A DNA stretch of 64,000 nucleotides from Lingula anatina (taxonomy: Eukaryota; Animalia; Brachiopoda): NCBI GenBank assembly GCA_051362555.1, contig CM120642.1:31372001-31436000 (forward strand). The letters run 5' to 3'. The translations under genes and the position numbers were made by a program. The notes beneath the pieces are model-generated. The model searched no databases, was not told where the DNA came from, and saw only the letters and a program-made list of their open reading frames with translations. Below are positions 39,199 through 53,390 of this stretch, piece after piece. Position 1 is the first letter of the stretch, and each line of letters begins with the position of its first letter.

Positions 39199-42100
39199 AT
39201 GCAGCAAACATATTTATTCTTCATTTTCCTGGCTCTGGAACTTGTGCACTCGCCTTCTGGTGCACGAGCATCACGTTTTGTGGCATCAAGTGACGTCAGT
39301 AAGGGCCGAGGCCCCGTGGTGGTCACTGCCCAGGGGCCCGTACAGGGTATTTATCGTGGATCTGCAAACATCTTTTATGGCATTCCGTATGCAGAGCCTC
39401 CGGTAGGGAGTTTAAGGTGGGTCAAAAGACATACATGTTAAGGAAAAGCGCATGAACATTTGTTATTTCTTTCTTCAGATTATACCATGCCTAAATCTGA
39501 ATATAGGTACATGTAAACAAGATATGTAATCAGTTTGTAACCTACTTCAGGCGGCGTGGTCCCGTTTTCTCATCGATACGGAGGTAGTGCCAATCTAGCA
39601 GCAGACTTTATAGAAGACCTTATAGGCGTAGTTTATTTCTCATTTATCATGATGATGAGGATGTTTAAAGAATCGTTGCCAACCCATCCTTTTGAAAAGC
39701 ATAATAAATTTCACTTACTCCTGAGCGAAATGATTTTTGGGGAATGAGCACATTTTAAGAAATAGCTGACCAAATTAAGCCGAGTGAGATTAAGTGCAAA
39801 GTGTTAAATCAAAGTTATATGTTAACAATGCACATCACACTAATGATACCAGATAAGTATTTGATTTCATAACAAAGTAAATTATGTTATCACGAAGAGA
39901 AGATTTGACTTGAAACACTAAACTGGGGGGGGGGGCATTTTAAGTGTATGGTGCCCCTAATTAAGTACTGTTATACATGGTCAGTTGCCGATTTAGGGGG
40001 TCAGGAGGGCCAGCGGACCGGAGGGTCCTTGAATAAATCACACCAAATAACGTCTAGCTGAATCATAATTCTAAACCGTACCAAATGGCACCGTTTGCCC
40101 TCCAAAACACCAAAATTTACGGGTGCCCTTGAGAGGCCCCCGAACCCCATGCCAAGGGAGCGAGGGTCGGTTTCGCAGCCAAGGCCGGTTATTCCCAAAG
40201 AAACCAGACCCCACCCCCTTCAAATAATGGTGATTATAATAATTTTGCAGGTGGAAGCCGCCGGTCCCTAAATCACCCTGGGGCTCCACGGGGAGGACGC
40301 TGCTGGGGACCACGCTACCCCCCGCATGCCCCCAGGTGGGCTGCACGTGGTACACGCCACCCCGGGGCTGCATCAATGTGGTGAGGACAGGAGGACGCTG
40401 AGCACTTTCATTTGCCTAATTTGAATTAATAAACAATACATGATTGTTTTCTCTAATTGTGACCAGGTTTATTTCTAATAATAATTATTTAATTTTCATA
40501 TAAACCTAGATTTGTCTTATTTTATTTGTAATTTATGTTGTTCATACAAGTTGCCATATTATTAGTATTATCATCATTATTAACATTGATCCTATGCACA
40601 TCAATGTCAATAGTGTCCTGAACAATAACACTTTTCTGCTACACATCCTTTTACTATAAAAAATGACAAAACAACGTCATATTAAAAATATATCAAAACG
40701 CTATACAACTCAAACACGTTGATACCCTTCATGTCTTTCTTCAGACGTCTGAGGACTGTCTCTTCCTGAACGTGTTCACACCTCTGAACGCCACCAACCT
40801 TGCCCACCTGCCTGTGATGGTGTTCATTCACGGGGGCCAGTTCACCATCCTGAGCGGGGCCTCCCCCAACTGGGACGGGGAGTTTATGGCCAGTCAGGGG
40901 AACGTGGTCGTGGTTAACTTTAACTACCGTCTGGGTAAGATTACTGGTACAGAATACAGAATGTTTGTCACTGCATGAAATAATAACATTGATAATTAAT
41001 AATATGCATGTTTTTAAAATAAATTTATATATAGTAATACAGATAATAGAAATATACGTGTATTTGTAATATATTTATTTTAAAAGTCTAAAATACATTA
41101 AAGAATTTTCAACAGACTGTACAACATATGTATAATTGTAAAACTTTATAGATAGTATATACATATATAGTATAATGCAAGTTTTACTACAGGAAGAGTT
41201 ATTAAAAGTAAAAGTAAAAAATCTAAGATTTCACGATGTAATATAAATTATTCTGAAAATATTAACATTACAGGTAGTAACACAGAAGGTAAGTTTGATT
41301 TGAAGACTATGTAGAACACAATTGTACATGTGACTATGCACGTGTTTGATTTTCCTTCTTTTCATCCCAGGTGCTCTAGGATTTTTGGTAACAGGAAAGA
41401 AAAGTGACTCCGCACAGGGCAATTATGGCATCATGGACCAGCGCCTCGCCATGACATGGGTGCAGAAAAACATTAAAAACTTTGGCGGGAATCCTGATGA
41501 GGTAGGTATATTAATTGTACCAAGATTTCAAAATAGAACAAAACATAGAATGTATTCCATGAAAGAGTGTACTTAAGCAGAGCTCATATGACCAAAAACA
41601 TCGAAGTTCAACATATTCACCATTTTGCTATCTATGAACACAACAATATCTGCATGCAGTTTAGCAGTTAACCTAAATTCATTTTCAATTGAAAATGAAT
41701 ACATGTTTAATTCAAGTGTTACCTGTACATAAGAAACCCCGGTGTAAGAAATAGGTAATATAATGTACCACTTAATGATGACATTCTAGGTAACCCTATT
41801 CGGACAGAGTGCAGGTGGACAGTCGGTGGCACTTCACTTCACCTCGGAAAAGAGCAACGCTCTCTTCAAACGCGCCATCGTCGAAAGCGCCCCGTTTGCC
41901 CTCCCATTCAAGAACTACGGTGCTGCCAAACTACTCGGAGACTATCTTGCCGACGCTCTGGGTTGCCTGCGAGAGCATATGGCCTGTCTTCGTAACGCGT
42001 CCGCCGATCAGGTCGCCTGGGCCGCCGTAAAGGTAGCAGAAAGCGTGGCTTCACTACAGCTTCTTGAATTGTTTGAACCATGGGGCCCCTACGTTGACGG

Positions 42101-42803
42101 CAAGGAAGTTTTGGTACAACCTATACAAGCTTTTTTAACAGGGAACTATCAGAGAAAGCCAGTTATGATGGGTTTTACCAGTGAAGAAGCCCAAGGTTTT
42201 GTCTGCGATGTTTGGAACCGGACCTTAACAGTTCTAGAATATAAGGCGGTGCTTTTGGCCACTTTTCCTGAACACGCGGCTGAAGTTTTTTACATGTACC
42301 CACCATTACCCACGGACGACCAAAAACCTAGACTTGTCACATTGGCCACAGACTATTTATTTGGCTGTGCAACTAAGGCGGCCGTAGAAAGCATAAACCA
42401 CAGCACTTCCCCAGGCGCTGAGCCTGTGTGGTTATACGTATTCAATCGCACGTCCAGTCCTGCAGGATGGGGGAACGTCACGTTTTGCTACTGGCACGTA
42501 TGCCATGGCGCCGAACTAACGTACGTATTTAATACCGTTTCTAAAATGGGATTCTCGTGGCCACCTGGTGACCAAAAGTTGTCAAGCACGATGCTGACAT
42601 ATTGGACTAATTTTGCTAAAACCGGGAATCCTAATAAAAGTATCCCCCCTTTAGTATTAAGTTCCAGAACACTTGATGACGGTTGGCCCCAGTATAACAA
42701 GGACACCAACTTAAGCGTACTGCAGTTTAACGTGCCAAATTGTCCTGTCATGAATAACTGGAAGCCAAAGCAATGCGATTTCTGGAACAAAATTGGATAC
42801 TGA
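39199..42803 (+). CDS. Secreted type-B carboxylesterase/cholinesterase-like, paralog B, 560 aa
   Basis: Exons 39199-39416, 40251-40380, 40745-40934, 41371-41501, 41790-42803; internal exons of 130/190/131 nt, identical in length to paralog A. Signal peptide [18 protein letters not shown]; GQSAG, GFTSEE and CHGAEL triad motifs intact. AATAAA near 42883. Confidence 0.94.
39982..40222. mobile_element. Probable non-autonomous DNA element remnant in esterase B intron 1
   Basis: GC-rich island starting CAGTTGCCGATTTAGGGGG, a terminus style common in invertebrate MITEs; the second TIR was not resolved. Confidence 0.3.
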
Positions 42804-44035
42804 CGATGGCATTTGATTTATTCTAGGTAGACTAGTGCGTGTAGTACGTGTCTTGGATGGTCTTTCCATTTCATTTCGTTCTAATAAATACTGTATGTAA
42901 TCGCTTTATCGAACGCATTAATTTGTACTTTCGGATAAGAACGACATTGCGGTAGCAGTTCTAGTTGTGATTGTGATCCTAGGATGCGCTAATGCAGTGG
43001 AGTGAGACAACCCGCTGTTGATAGGTTGACGGCACTAACCAGAGTGCATTGCAGTAGACGGCCCCGAAAACCTTTGAAAACACATTTTATGAACTAGATT
43101 CTACCATTAAGATCTACCTGTTTAAATCCGTGACTTAAAACAAAGCAACAGTGTGAAAAATCTGAATAAGGCATTAAGTTTGTCTTATTCTACATTAGTT
43201 AAATAAATGTGCGTTATTTCAAAAATATATTTAATATTGACGATTGAGTTGATTTTCATAAATCTAGGTGTAAAAATCCAATCCGTTTTCTTAGATGAAA
43301 AAAGAAACAGAAACAAACATTTATCACCGAAGTTGTTCATTCGTTTTCTCACAAAGCTGATTAGGTTTGATTCTTAACAATGCTGTTATGTGTTATTATG
43401 TAAAAGTCTGGATGTATCTCATATTTTAGAGCTGTGATATCATGCCTAGAGACCGGGAAAACAAGGTGCTACCTGGCATTTCCCACGGGTATTACACAGT
43501 TATCTTACACTGCTACATCAGTCAACATGCCACTAACAGGACATCATACATACAGTATATCTAAAATAAAGTATTTGAAATACCTCTGCTTGTACATGCA
43601 TAAGAACTGTTAGAAAATATTGCACAATTAATTGGGGCAGTGATCTTTAAATCTGTCTTTTTGGATGAAATTAACAGATTTAAAAAAGAAGATCTTGCTG
43701 TACAATGTAACGCAGAAGATAGGACGAACATTTCGCCATGTATTGATAGTATTTGAAATGTCAGTTTACTGTTAATGGCTATCTTACTTTGAATACAGTT
43801 TAGTTTGCGTGTCTTTGAAAAGCTGCAGATTTCAATACTTCTTCCTTGACAGTCGACTAACCGATTAATAAAAAAATTACCCAATTATAGATATTGATTA
43901 TGATATCATTCTCGGCTCTGATAACCTGTCACCTGTTAGGATCTGGAGGAAGTCATGGTCAGATTATAGTGGGACACAGGTGTTCAGGTTTAAAGTGTTT
44001 TTATTCATTATAAAAGCAAGTGATATTTTGATGTG

Positions 44036-46340
44036 ATGCAGGGAGAAAGTTTATTCCCAGTCATTTTTCTCGTTCTTTTGGTGAACTGTGCTAAAGGTAA
44101 GAATTTCGTAATTTGCTTCAAAATACACTTTCGAGACTAATCGAGACATCGAACCAGTTTCCAGCTATGAGTTCGACACATTGCCTCACGCGTGTGTATT
44201 TGTGTCTACGGGGATAAAAGACCTTTTTCTTGTGTGAAAATTATTTTCAAATTTTATTGAAAGGGAAGACATATTTCGAGCGTAATATCTCGGGTTAGAA
44301 AACTGATGAATCTGAATATTTTTTTTACAATCGGTCGTATAATTTTGATTCGATTTTATTTTGTACATATAGTACACTCTCAAACAAAGAGCATTTTTCA
44401 TTCATTGTGGAAGCAAGTGTCTTTTCACTCCAATTGTATTGTTATGGTAGCAATAAGCCTTCGCGTGTTCATTGAAAGGCGTATTCTTTTAATTGGAAAT
44501 TCTATGATTTTATTGCCGATTTTCAAATATAATTATCACTAACGAATTACCAGCCATATACAGTATGTTGGGACCTAGATGTTAAGGGGGGTGAAAAGAA
44601 CTTTTAAATAAATGTAAGGCTATACCACTTGTACATGTATTACATGTATCTCTATAAGCCCAGATCATTTTCATTCTAATACTAACTGTTCTAGTTAGTT
44701 AGTTTTACTCTATATACAGCAAAACGTCAAGTCACGCCAATGTTGTTTTTATGAATTTTCTTAACTCTGTGTACCATTGTGTGTTAGTTTCCCATGCCGA
44801 GAAAGTACCATATCGCTTCACTTTGTGCAACATTGCATGCCAAACCATCTTGTTATGTCAGCTTCAATATCTGTCCACTTAGGGTAGCATCTCATCGTTT
44901 CAGTGTCAGGATGGTCTTGTTACGACTGCTACGGCTCCACGTGTGCGTACATTAAGACCAATCCAGCCGTAGCTGCGAGGTGTCAGACTGGTTTTAGATG
45001 TTTCACCAGATTGAAAGCGGACGGAGGTACGGTTTGATTTGCATGTTTGAGGCGTTTTAAGTAGAATACGTGAAGGCTAAACACTCCTTATCCATTAAAG
45101 CTTTTTTTTTATTAAAGTGGTCTTTTTATATTGGATATATTTTATATATCTTATATATTTTAACTTACTTCAAGAATCAAAACATGTTTAGCACGACACT
45201 CAAGTGTCTAAAACGAAAAACATAAATAGAAATGGGGTGCAAAAAGATTAATGTTAGAACCAGTTAAATTCTAAATTTATTTACACTATTTGCAATAAAT
45301 TCTTTATTTTAATTTTCTCAATTTTTTTCTGGGGGGGGGGGGGGGCAGGCACACTTCTTATGTCTGAAGATAATTTGGTTACGTATATGGCTTTCAGTCA
45401 CTGTCCACAATAAAGGTTGCTATAGTCATAGCGGCAGTCTATATGGGGTTAACCTGGACTATGACGGATGTAGACTCCAGAAAATCTACGGCAGTGACCA
45501 AGTACTCTGTCTTTGCCGTGGGGAATTATGCAACGCTGACACCAAAAAAGCCATTAAGACAACAACCCAACCCACAACCCCCAGTCCAACAACTACCAGT
45601 TCAACAACTACCAGTTCTACGACCATTTCCACAAAATCGCCCCCTATAACGTCCAAGCCAGCGATATCGACAACCAATGATGGCTTTTTCACTGTTGCAG
45701 AACTTGGTATCACAACATTCAACGGTAAGAACTTATGTCCATCTTGATATGAAATGAATTTAAATTTGGCACCTGTCAAGCTATAATGTGTCTCGATACA
45801 TTACACTGAATCCAACATCAAAAAGGGAAGTTTTTCAATTGCTGCAAAGTGCACCACTTCCAAGTAATTTCGTTCTGTAATATTCCTATTCTTAAAGATA
45901 TCATTCAAATATTGATTTTAAAAACTCTAAACTAGCTTATCGATTCTCAAGCATACGGTACATTATATCTTAAAGGAAAACCAGACGTTGAATGTGTACT
46001 AGAAAACAGGTATCCGAAAACGCAGCACTTCCACGCTATGCACGGCATATCTCACAGGGACTGTAAAGCGGCCTGTAGCGTTCTTCAAGGCTGTGTTGCT
46101 GCGGCGTATCATGATGACGAGAGGGGCCAGGCTTTGAGCACTCAATGTCTGTTTTACAACGCGAAGTTTTTCACGCCAGATACAGAGATACAATTTCTTC
46201 TTCAGTGGAAGCTTTTCACAAGTAATGGGAACTGCTTCAGAGGTATTGCTTTTTATGTCTCCTCATTAATAGCATATTCACAAAAATTGTATTCATATTG
46301 TCATTTTCATCCACACAAGTGGATGCATATGTTACAGTGA

Positions 46341-46371
<31 letters not shown>

Positions 46372-49300
46372 CTAAACTAAACTTAAACATTAACCCAAGC
46401 CAAAGGATAAGTAAATGACAAACACAGATATAGTGTTCGAAATTTGGCTGGTAGCGGCCGCTTTTCAGCTGGTACTTAAGAAGCCTATAGTACTTCCTCG
46501 ACAATATTTCCATTCGGAATATCGGCAAGATCCCTCTTCTCAAAACCAAATGGCGGTGTTAAACCCGGTTCCTTTATCACATATGACCATATTTTGTTCA
46601 GTCAAAATTTCATGAAAGCTTTTAATCGCATCATTTTTCGAAACAATTATAACAGCGAATACAGATGAACAATAAAGCCACTCCCTCTCAAATCCTTAAT
46701 CCGCCAGTGTTAGAAAAAATATTTAAAAAAATATTTTAACCGCCCTGACAAATTTATATGTGTATGATAGAATTAACGATATAATAATGGTGGCAACCAA
46801 TCTTCAGATCACCGTAGTTGCATTTAAAATAAAAAATTGGTCTTCGGGTAATTTTATAACACTAAACTGCCCTCGAAATAAGCTCAACAAGCCAACTAAT
46901 CACAAGGTAATAACTCCTTTTCTTACAGCTTCTTGCAGGAACTCCGTACAGATAAACAACCACATTTTGCCTTCTGTGCCGATTAAGTCTTTGGTAGGAA
47001 TTACGATAGAGAGTTGTAAAGCAGAATGCTACGGCAATCCTAAATGTCTTGCCGTGTCATATGAACACGTCACCGGTAGCTGTGAAGTTTTTGGAACCAT
47101 GAAAAATACCGCGGCGAAAGCGCCACCTTCCGGTCGTGGGTGGACGTCTTATGTAAAATCATGTGTAGGTAAGGTAGAGTAGCTCAAAAAGGATTATATC
47201 AATAGATAAGATATTTTCATAAATAATAGTAATAATAATAATAATGGGAAGAAGAACATTACATCGCACACAGTTCAGTTCGTACATTTCAAAATTACTC
47301 GTATTGGAAAAATGTTAAAAGCGAAGATGTGATCTAAATTTGTAACAGAAACGTAAAATAAACAGAACAAAATGAACATTTCAGACCATGGTAAGTTCGC
47401 GCTGAAGCCGAAAACGACAACTACCCAACCGACAACAACACCAACCCTTCCGACAACAACAACCCAACCGACAACAACAACAACCCTTCCGACAACAACA
47501 ACCCAACCGACAACAACAACAACCCAACCGATGACAACAACTACCCTACCGACAACAACGGCAAGTACTACAACGACAACTACAACCAGCACTAGTAAGT
47601 CCACTGCCGCAACCACATCAACAACCACGAAGACCACGAAATCCACCCCCTCCACGCAGAGACCAACCATTGCCATTACGACAACAGCTAAAGGTATGTG
47701 ATACACGTGATACATGGACGAAGTGCGACTATTTCAATTTCATAAACTTATTATTCTCTGAACGCAAAAATAGACGTGCTTCTTTGTTCAAAAAAGACGA
47801 ACACGCATTCAGAAAAGATATGCTTATGTACAGACTTGACATTTAATATGGAATATTTTTTTCCAAATCATTTTTCATCAGTTTTTTCCTATTTTGCTGA
47901 CTGATAAATGAAAATAAGGCTTAAAATTGGGTTTTAATAACTTTTAATTATCCTTTTGATGTCATTGTGTCTTCAGTTAATTAATGGAATTCGCCAGAGA
48001 GGCAAACAAAAACACATTGCCTATTTTATGTCATACGACAACAATTAAAAGAGATATTTTGGATCTCCATATTTTTCAAATTATTTTCTGTAAAAGAGTT
48101 ACACGCCTCACAAAGAACCCCCATGTCAGTGTCTAGTCACAGTAACGGTCGCTGTTACGCTTGACCTCTTCTGTCTGCTACCAGCGCTCTCAAGGGGCAA
48201 GGCATTCCTTGGGTTAGGTTTTTAGAGTTAAATCTGGAATAACATTCCAGGCATCGGTCAAAATCTGTCCAATTTGGTCAAGTTTTGTTGTAGGACATGT
48301 AGGCCATTGATTCGGCGAGTAATGGCCTACCCACATATTGTCTATGTGGTTCAAATGTGGCGATTTTGATTACCAAGGTAGCTGCTCATTCCCTTGGTTC
48401 TGTAAGTAATCTGCTTTTAAAAGTGCTCTGTGTGTACCGGCAATTTCACCGTGCAACCTAAAATTGTTCCTAAGGTGCCCCTATCAAATGATTGTCAAGT
48501 GGTTCCCAGATTATTCCTTTATTTGATCTGGTTCAGGTTTTCGTGGATGACCATCATTGGTGTTTTGGCACCAATGTGGTATCCGCTCCAATTACCGACG
48601 CTGTTAATGAACTTAGTCACTTTAAACGCGGCACACGCTTAGTTGTTGCCCTCTTCTGGATGTCTGTAAATTCTGTTTTGACAAGTTGAGCGTTAAAGGT
48701 GAAAACTGACCTCAATAAAGAAAGCCACGAGTTTTCAGTGTTCACCTCAGAAACAGTCAAGGTCCCCAATTCATTAGAGAAACATACAGCGATGTTTTGC
48801 TGTTTACAGTGGGTTCCCCCGAGGTCGTCTGGTATTCTAACCAGCTAAAACCAGTTTGGTATTCGCTAAGGGCCTTGAAAAATGCGTTTTGGTGGCAATT
48901 AACCCCTCATTCTGAACGGACTGGGTGGTTTTTTGTTTAGTTGCAACAACATATCCCGACAGACAGTACGTCCTGTACCCTGGTGGTAAGATTTCAATAC
49001 ATTGGGTGTGGTCTCTGTGTAGGTGCATCAGTCTAGACATTACTCTTTAAAACTGTGCGGACCGTTTCGTTTGGCGCAATTATCTGTCTGGCAATGCCTG
49101 GCTTTTTCGAGCCATTCTGCCACAGATTTACATATTTGCGGAGCAGTGCATAGCTCATTTCACACCTTGCAAAACTGACCACTTGCATGCCAAATTTCAA
49201 ATTCTTCTATGCAGTAGTTACCGACATATGGATACTTTTTTGGAAGAACCATGCTTTGCCAAAGCCAAGCTTTAACCTGCCCAAAGGAGCACTAGCCAAT

Positions 49301-51595
49301 TAAATCACTGCATATTACATAATGCAGCAGCGCAACAAACCTGGAATTCAGTGAGTTGGAAGCGACACACCTGACTACACACTTCTCCATTCACATATCT
49401 TATATGAGATCTGAGTTTTTTGAAAAAAGGATGCATTTTTACCTAGGCATACCTTCGAAACTGAAATATTCCATATTAAATGTCAAGTCTGTAAATCACA
49501 CCTTATGTTTACATGTAATAATAAAAATATCTTTTTTTTGTTTGCACAGATGTCGAGTGTGTGATCAAGGGACTCTTTCCAAAAACTCAATTCTCCTACT
49601 TCCAACATGGGATATCTCCGGCCCAGTGTATACAAGCTTGTCGTTCTTTTCACTGGTGTGTGGGTGCGGTCTACCACAACAACGAATTTGGAACACAGCT
49701 AAGCACCGAATGTTTCTTCTACAATGGGAAGTACTTAAACCGCAATACTACGATCCAGTACCTGTCTCAATATACGATGTTTGCCACAGGAGAGAACTGC
49801 GATGGAGGTGAGAAAAGAATACTTTTCAATATAAAGAATATTTCGTCCTAAGCATTTATGGCGCCAGTGTAAGAAGACGGGTTTTAATGGGCTGTTTAAT
49901 ATTATCCTCATTCATATACTTATTACAGTATTATGTGTTCTTGTAATGATGCCTATTATACATATATTATTATATGATTAAACAGATTCACAAGTGAAGT
50001 TTTAATTCTGTTTTGTGTAGTCACCATGATTATATTTTCATTGTTTAATTCAGTATCAACCACCACTGTGCCCAGCACTGGAAAACTGACACCTGTATCG
50101 AAGACTGCATTTAAAACATGGACACCTTTTCCTACCACAACACAACCAACCACCACAACAACAACAACCACGATGACCACGAAATCCACCCCCTCAACGC
50201 AGAGAGCAACCATTGCCATTATGACAACAGGGAAAGGTATGTCATACATGTGATACATGGAACAGGTAAGGCTATTTGAATTTCAAAACTTATCCAAACG
50301 AAAATAAGAAAGACCTGCTTCTCTGTTCAAAAAGAAGACTACACTCAAACAAGATATGGTTATGTAAATCACACTTTATGTTCACATGAACCAGTAAGAA
50401 TATCGTTTTTTCTTTTTTTTTTTTATTATATGTATCAGATGTCGAGTGTGTGATCAAGGGACGCTTTCCAAAAACTCAATTCTCCTACTTCCAACATGGG
50501 ATATCTCCGGCCCAGTGTATTCAAGCTTGTCGTTCTTTTCACTGGTGTGTGGGCGTCGTCTACCACAATGACAAATTTGGAACACAGCTAAGCACCGAAT
50601 GTTTCTTCTATGATAGGAAGCACTTAAACCGCAATACTGTGATCCAGCATCTGTCTCAGTATACGATATTTGCCAAAGGAGAGAACTGCGATGGAGGTGA
50701 GAAAAGAATACTTTTCAATATAAAGAATATTTCGTCTTAAGCATTCATGGTACCAATGTTTTAAAACGACGAACTTTAATGGAATATTTAGTATTATACC
50801 CATTCATATACTTATAACAGTTTTATTTTTTCTTTGAATAATGCACATTATATATATAATACATTTACGCAGGTTCTGAAGTGAAATTTAAATTTTGTTA
50901 TGTGTAGTCACCATGATTATATTTTCATTTGTTTAATTCAGTATCGACCACCACTGTTCCTACCACTGGAAAGCTGACTCCTGCATATAAGACTACGTTT
51001 AAAACACGGATGCCTATAGCTACCACACAACCTACCATAACCACCATACAACCTACCACAACCACCACTACATCTACCACAACCACCACTCCACCTACCA
51101 CAACCACTATTAAACCTACAACCACCACCACTACACCTACCACAACCACCACACAACCTACCACAATCACCACTACATCTACATCTACCACAACCACCAC
51201 TACATCTACCACAACCACCACTAAACCTACAACCACCACCACTACACCTACCACAACCACCACTATACCTACTTCAACCACTACTACATCTACCACAACA
51301 AAACCTACCACAACCACCACAAAACCTACCACAACTACCACTACACCTACCACAGCCACCACTAAACCTACAACCACCACTACTAAACCTACCAAAACCA
51401 CCACTCAACCTACCACAACCACCACTATACCTACCACAACCACCACTAAGCCTACTACCACAACAAAACCTACCACAACCACCACAAAACCTACTACAAC
51501 CACCACTAAACCTACTACCACAACAAAACCAACTACAACCACAACATCAACCACCACCCCCACAACTACAACTCCAATAAGAACTCCTCCTCCAA
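44036..51595 (+). CDS. Secreted mucin-like modular protein, copy 1: signal peptide, Ly6/three-finger-like, Thr-rich, PAN, PAN, Thr-rich, PAN, Thr-rich, PAN, long Thr/Lys/Pro-rich domain; 3' end uncertain
   Basis: Exons 44036-44096 (MQGESLFPVIFLVLLVNCAK), 44904-45026 (WSCYDCYGSTC...C...CFTR), 45398-45724 (KGC...GC...LCLCRGELCN plus Thr-rich), 45976-46242, 46929-47168, 47385-47693, 49550-49807, 50054-50236, 50439-50696, 50942-51595. All introns are phase 1 and all internal exons are multiples of 3. PAN pattern C..xCxxxC...CxxxxY....C. A possible terminal exon lies at 51686-51912. Confidence 0.8.
47831..49491 (-). mobile_element. Full-length (1661 bp) decayed Tc1/mariner transposon, copy 2, in a mucin intron
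   Basis: Perfect 28-bp TIRs CAGACTTGACATTTAATATGGAATATTT (47831-47858 and 49464-49491), TA on both sides, and transposase remnants on the minus strand. The paralogous intron near 50351-50385 shows the empty site. Confidence 0.95.
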
Positions 51596-51919
51596 GTAAG
51601 TAAAACGAAATTTTATGCTATTGTATTATTTTTTCTGTTTTCTGTGTGAACATCCATTTTTAGTGGTAAGCATTTATGGCGCCAGGGTATTACTGTTACT
51701 ACCACAACACAACCAAACACCACCACAAAGCTACAACTACCGCAACAAAACCTACTACAACCACCGCTAAACCTACAACATCAACCACAACAAAACCTAC
51801 CACAACTACCACTAAACCTACAACCACCACAACAAAACCTACCACAACCACCACTAAACCTACAGCCACCACAACAAAACTTACCACAACCGCCACTAAA
51901 CCTAAACCTTAACCTAAAA

Positions 51920-52208
51920 AGGAGACTATTCGGCTGCACTAAATCATATATTTGCCTCCATACAATTTTGCGTATTGTTAATCGTTGTCCATAACGCTCC
52001 CTTTTTGGCATTTTTTCACTTTTCATTCAATCAATTCAACTACAGTTGGATATGACAATGATGCCTTGTTTTCCGATATTCTACATGTAAAAACCGTGCG
52101 CTTAATTCTTTATGTCTATATACAGGTGCCCTGACTAAACCGACCAGCCGGTCCCTGAGAAGTTACTGCAAGGAACTAGACTGTAGCAGGATGACCCCGC
52201 CACCTTAA
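51920..52208 (+). pseudogene. Degenerate VWC module and terminal exon of mucin copy 1
   Basis: Remnants of the two VWC exons seen intact in copy 2 (TATTCGGCTGCACTAAATC...; cagGTGCCCTGACTAA with an in-frame stop and internal deletion; GAACTAGACTGTAGC...ATGACCCCGCC). Confidence 0.75.
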
Positions 52209-53182
52209 GCAGCATCCAGGAGCATCCGGCAGATCCGTTTATCCAAATGCCACTCACTCTGAAATTTTTGAGTTTTCTTAAAGAAACTTCAACTGGATGC
52301 TGTGAAAGAAACGGTTTGAAGTTTAAGTACATGTAACTGTTATCTCCAGCAAATATTGAGGGGGGTTTATGAAGTTACAGTTGGTGCAACATTCACAGAT
52401 GGTCTTATCATTCTACACAAAATTGCAGATGCCTCAGCCGAAACCTATCCAGTAAGAGGAGAGTCTGTACTTCTTGTATATATACTCTAGCTTATATACG
52501 TGTATATAAGACCTTACAGACGTATCTAATACAACTTTTATAAATCCCACTTTCTGCACCTACCCACACCGCAAACCGTTTTTATTCTTCCTCAATATTT
52601 TGCTAAAATGTTGTTGTTATCGATAACGAGGGTTGTTCTTTGATTTGGTGTTAACTGAAAGGCGGGAATATTTGTCAATTCAGAAATAAATGAATCGAAT
52701 AGTTATTTATCAAATATTCACTGTGTTTTTTATTAATTGGGTCAAATGTAGTATGAAACTTCTGAGTTCAAAATTTACTATCGGTATTATGATGCAACTT
52801 ATATCCTGCTAACACAGATTACGATAGCTTTTGTTGCTTACACTTCTATCTGTTTTTTATTATTATTATTATTATTAATCGGGCAGTGAGATATCGAACA
52901 GAAAATCGACCAGGTCATGAAAAAAGAGAACGATTGCTAATGTTGAAGCAACAGGATAAATGAACGTTCAAGAAGAAATTGTTTGCCTCAAAAACAGAGA
53001 AATAAAAAATATTTTTTAAATAAAATCCGAGTACTGTAATTATGTAGGTAATCGTCCTTACATTTATATCCGGACTGGGTTTGCTCTATACACAATTGTG
53101 CCCATCATGTCATGAATATCTTTTACACTACAAAGTTTTGTCTTTTCTGAAATTATAATGGACCATTGATTTTGATGTCTCT

Positions 53183-53390
53183 CAGGCGCTGAACCCGTGT
53201 GGTTATACGTATTCAAGCGCACGACCATCCCTGCAGGATGGGGGAACGTCACGTTTTGCCATGGCGCCGAACTAACCTACGTATTCGATACCGATTCTAA
53301 AATGGGATTTTCATGGCCGCAAAAGGTTCTCAGGCTTGATGCTGACATATTGGGCTAATTTTGCAAAAACTGGGATCCCAATAAAAATAA
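53183..53390 (+). pseudogene. Fragment of esterase B last exon at the start of segmental unit 2
   Basis: Homologous to 42412-42640 ([33 protein letters not shown]), with deletions and frameshifts. Confidence 0.9.

Noticed and set aside
35288-42803. Acetylcholinesterase or neuroligin assignment
   Set aside because: The proteins lack FGESAG/GGG and the AChE tail, and retain the catalytic Ser with no transmembrane segment.
44009-44015. TATAAAA upstream of the mucin ATG (also in copies 2 and 3)
   Set aside because: Only about 27 bp from the ATG, leaving no room for a 5' UTR, and an upstream acceptor-like site near 43939 suggests a non-coding first exon; not called as a promoter.
50925-51404. 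Val-rich minus-strand ORFs (also 47275-47715, 49956-50258, 51699-51896, 58220-58510, 59156-59446)
   Set aside because: Antisense shadows of ACN-rich Thr codons in the mucin exons.
50942-51912. Regular short repeats that might suggest a CRISPR-like or telomeric array
   Set aside because: They are in-frame codon repeats (TTTKP) without unique spacers, in a eukaryotic spliced gene.
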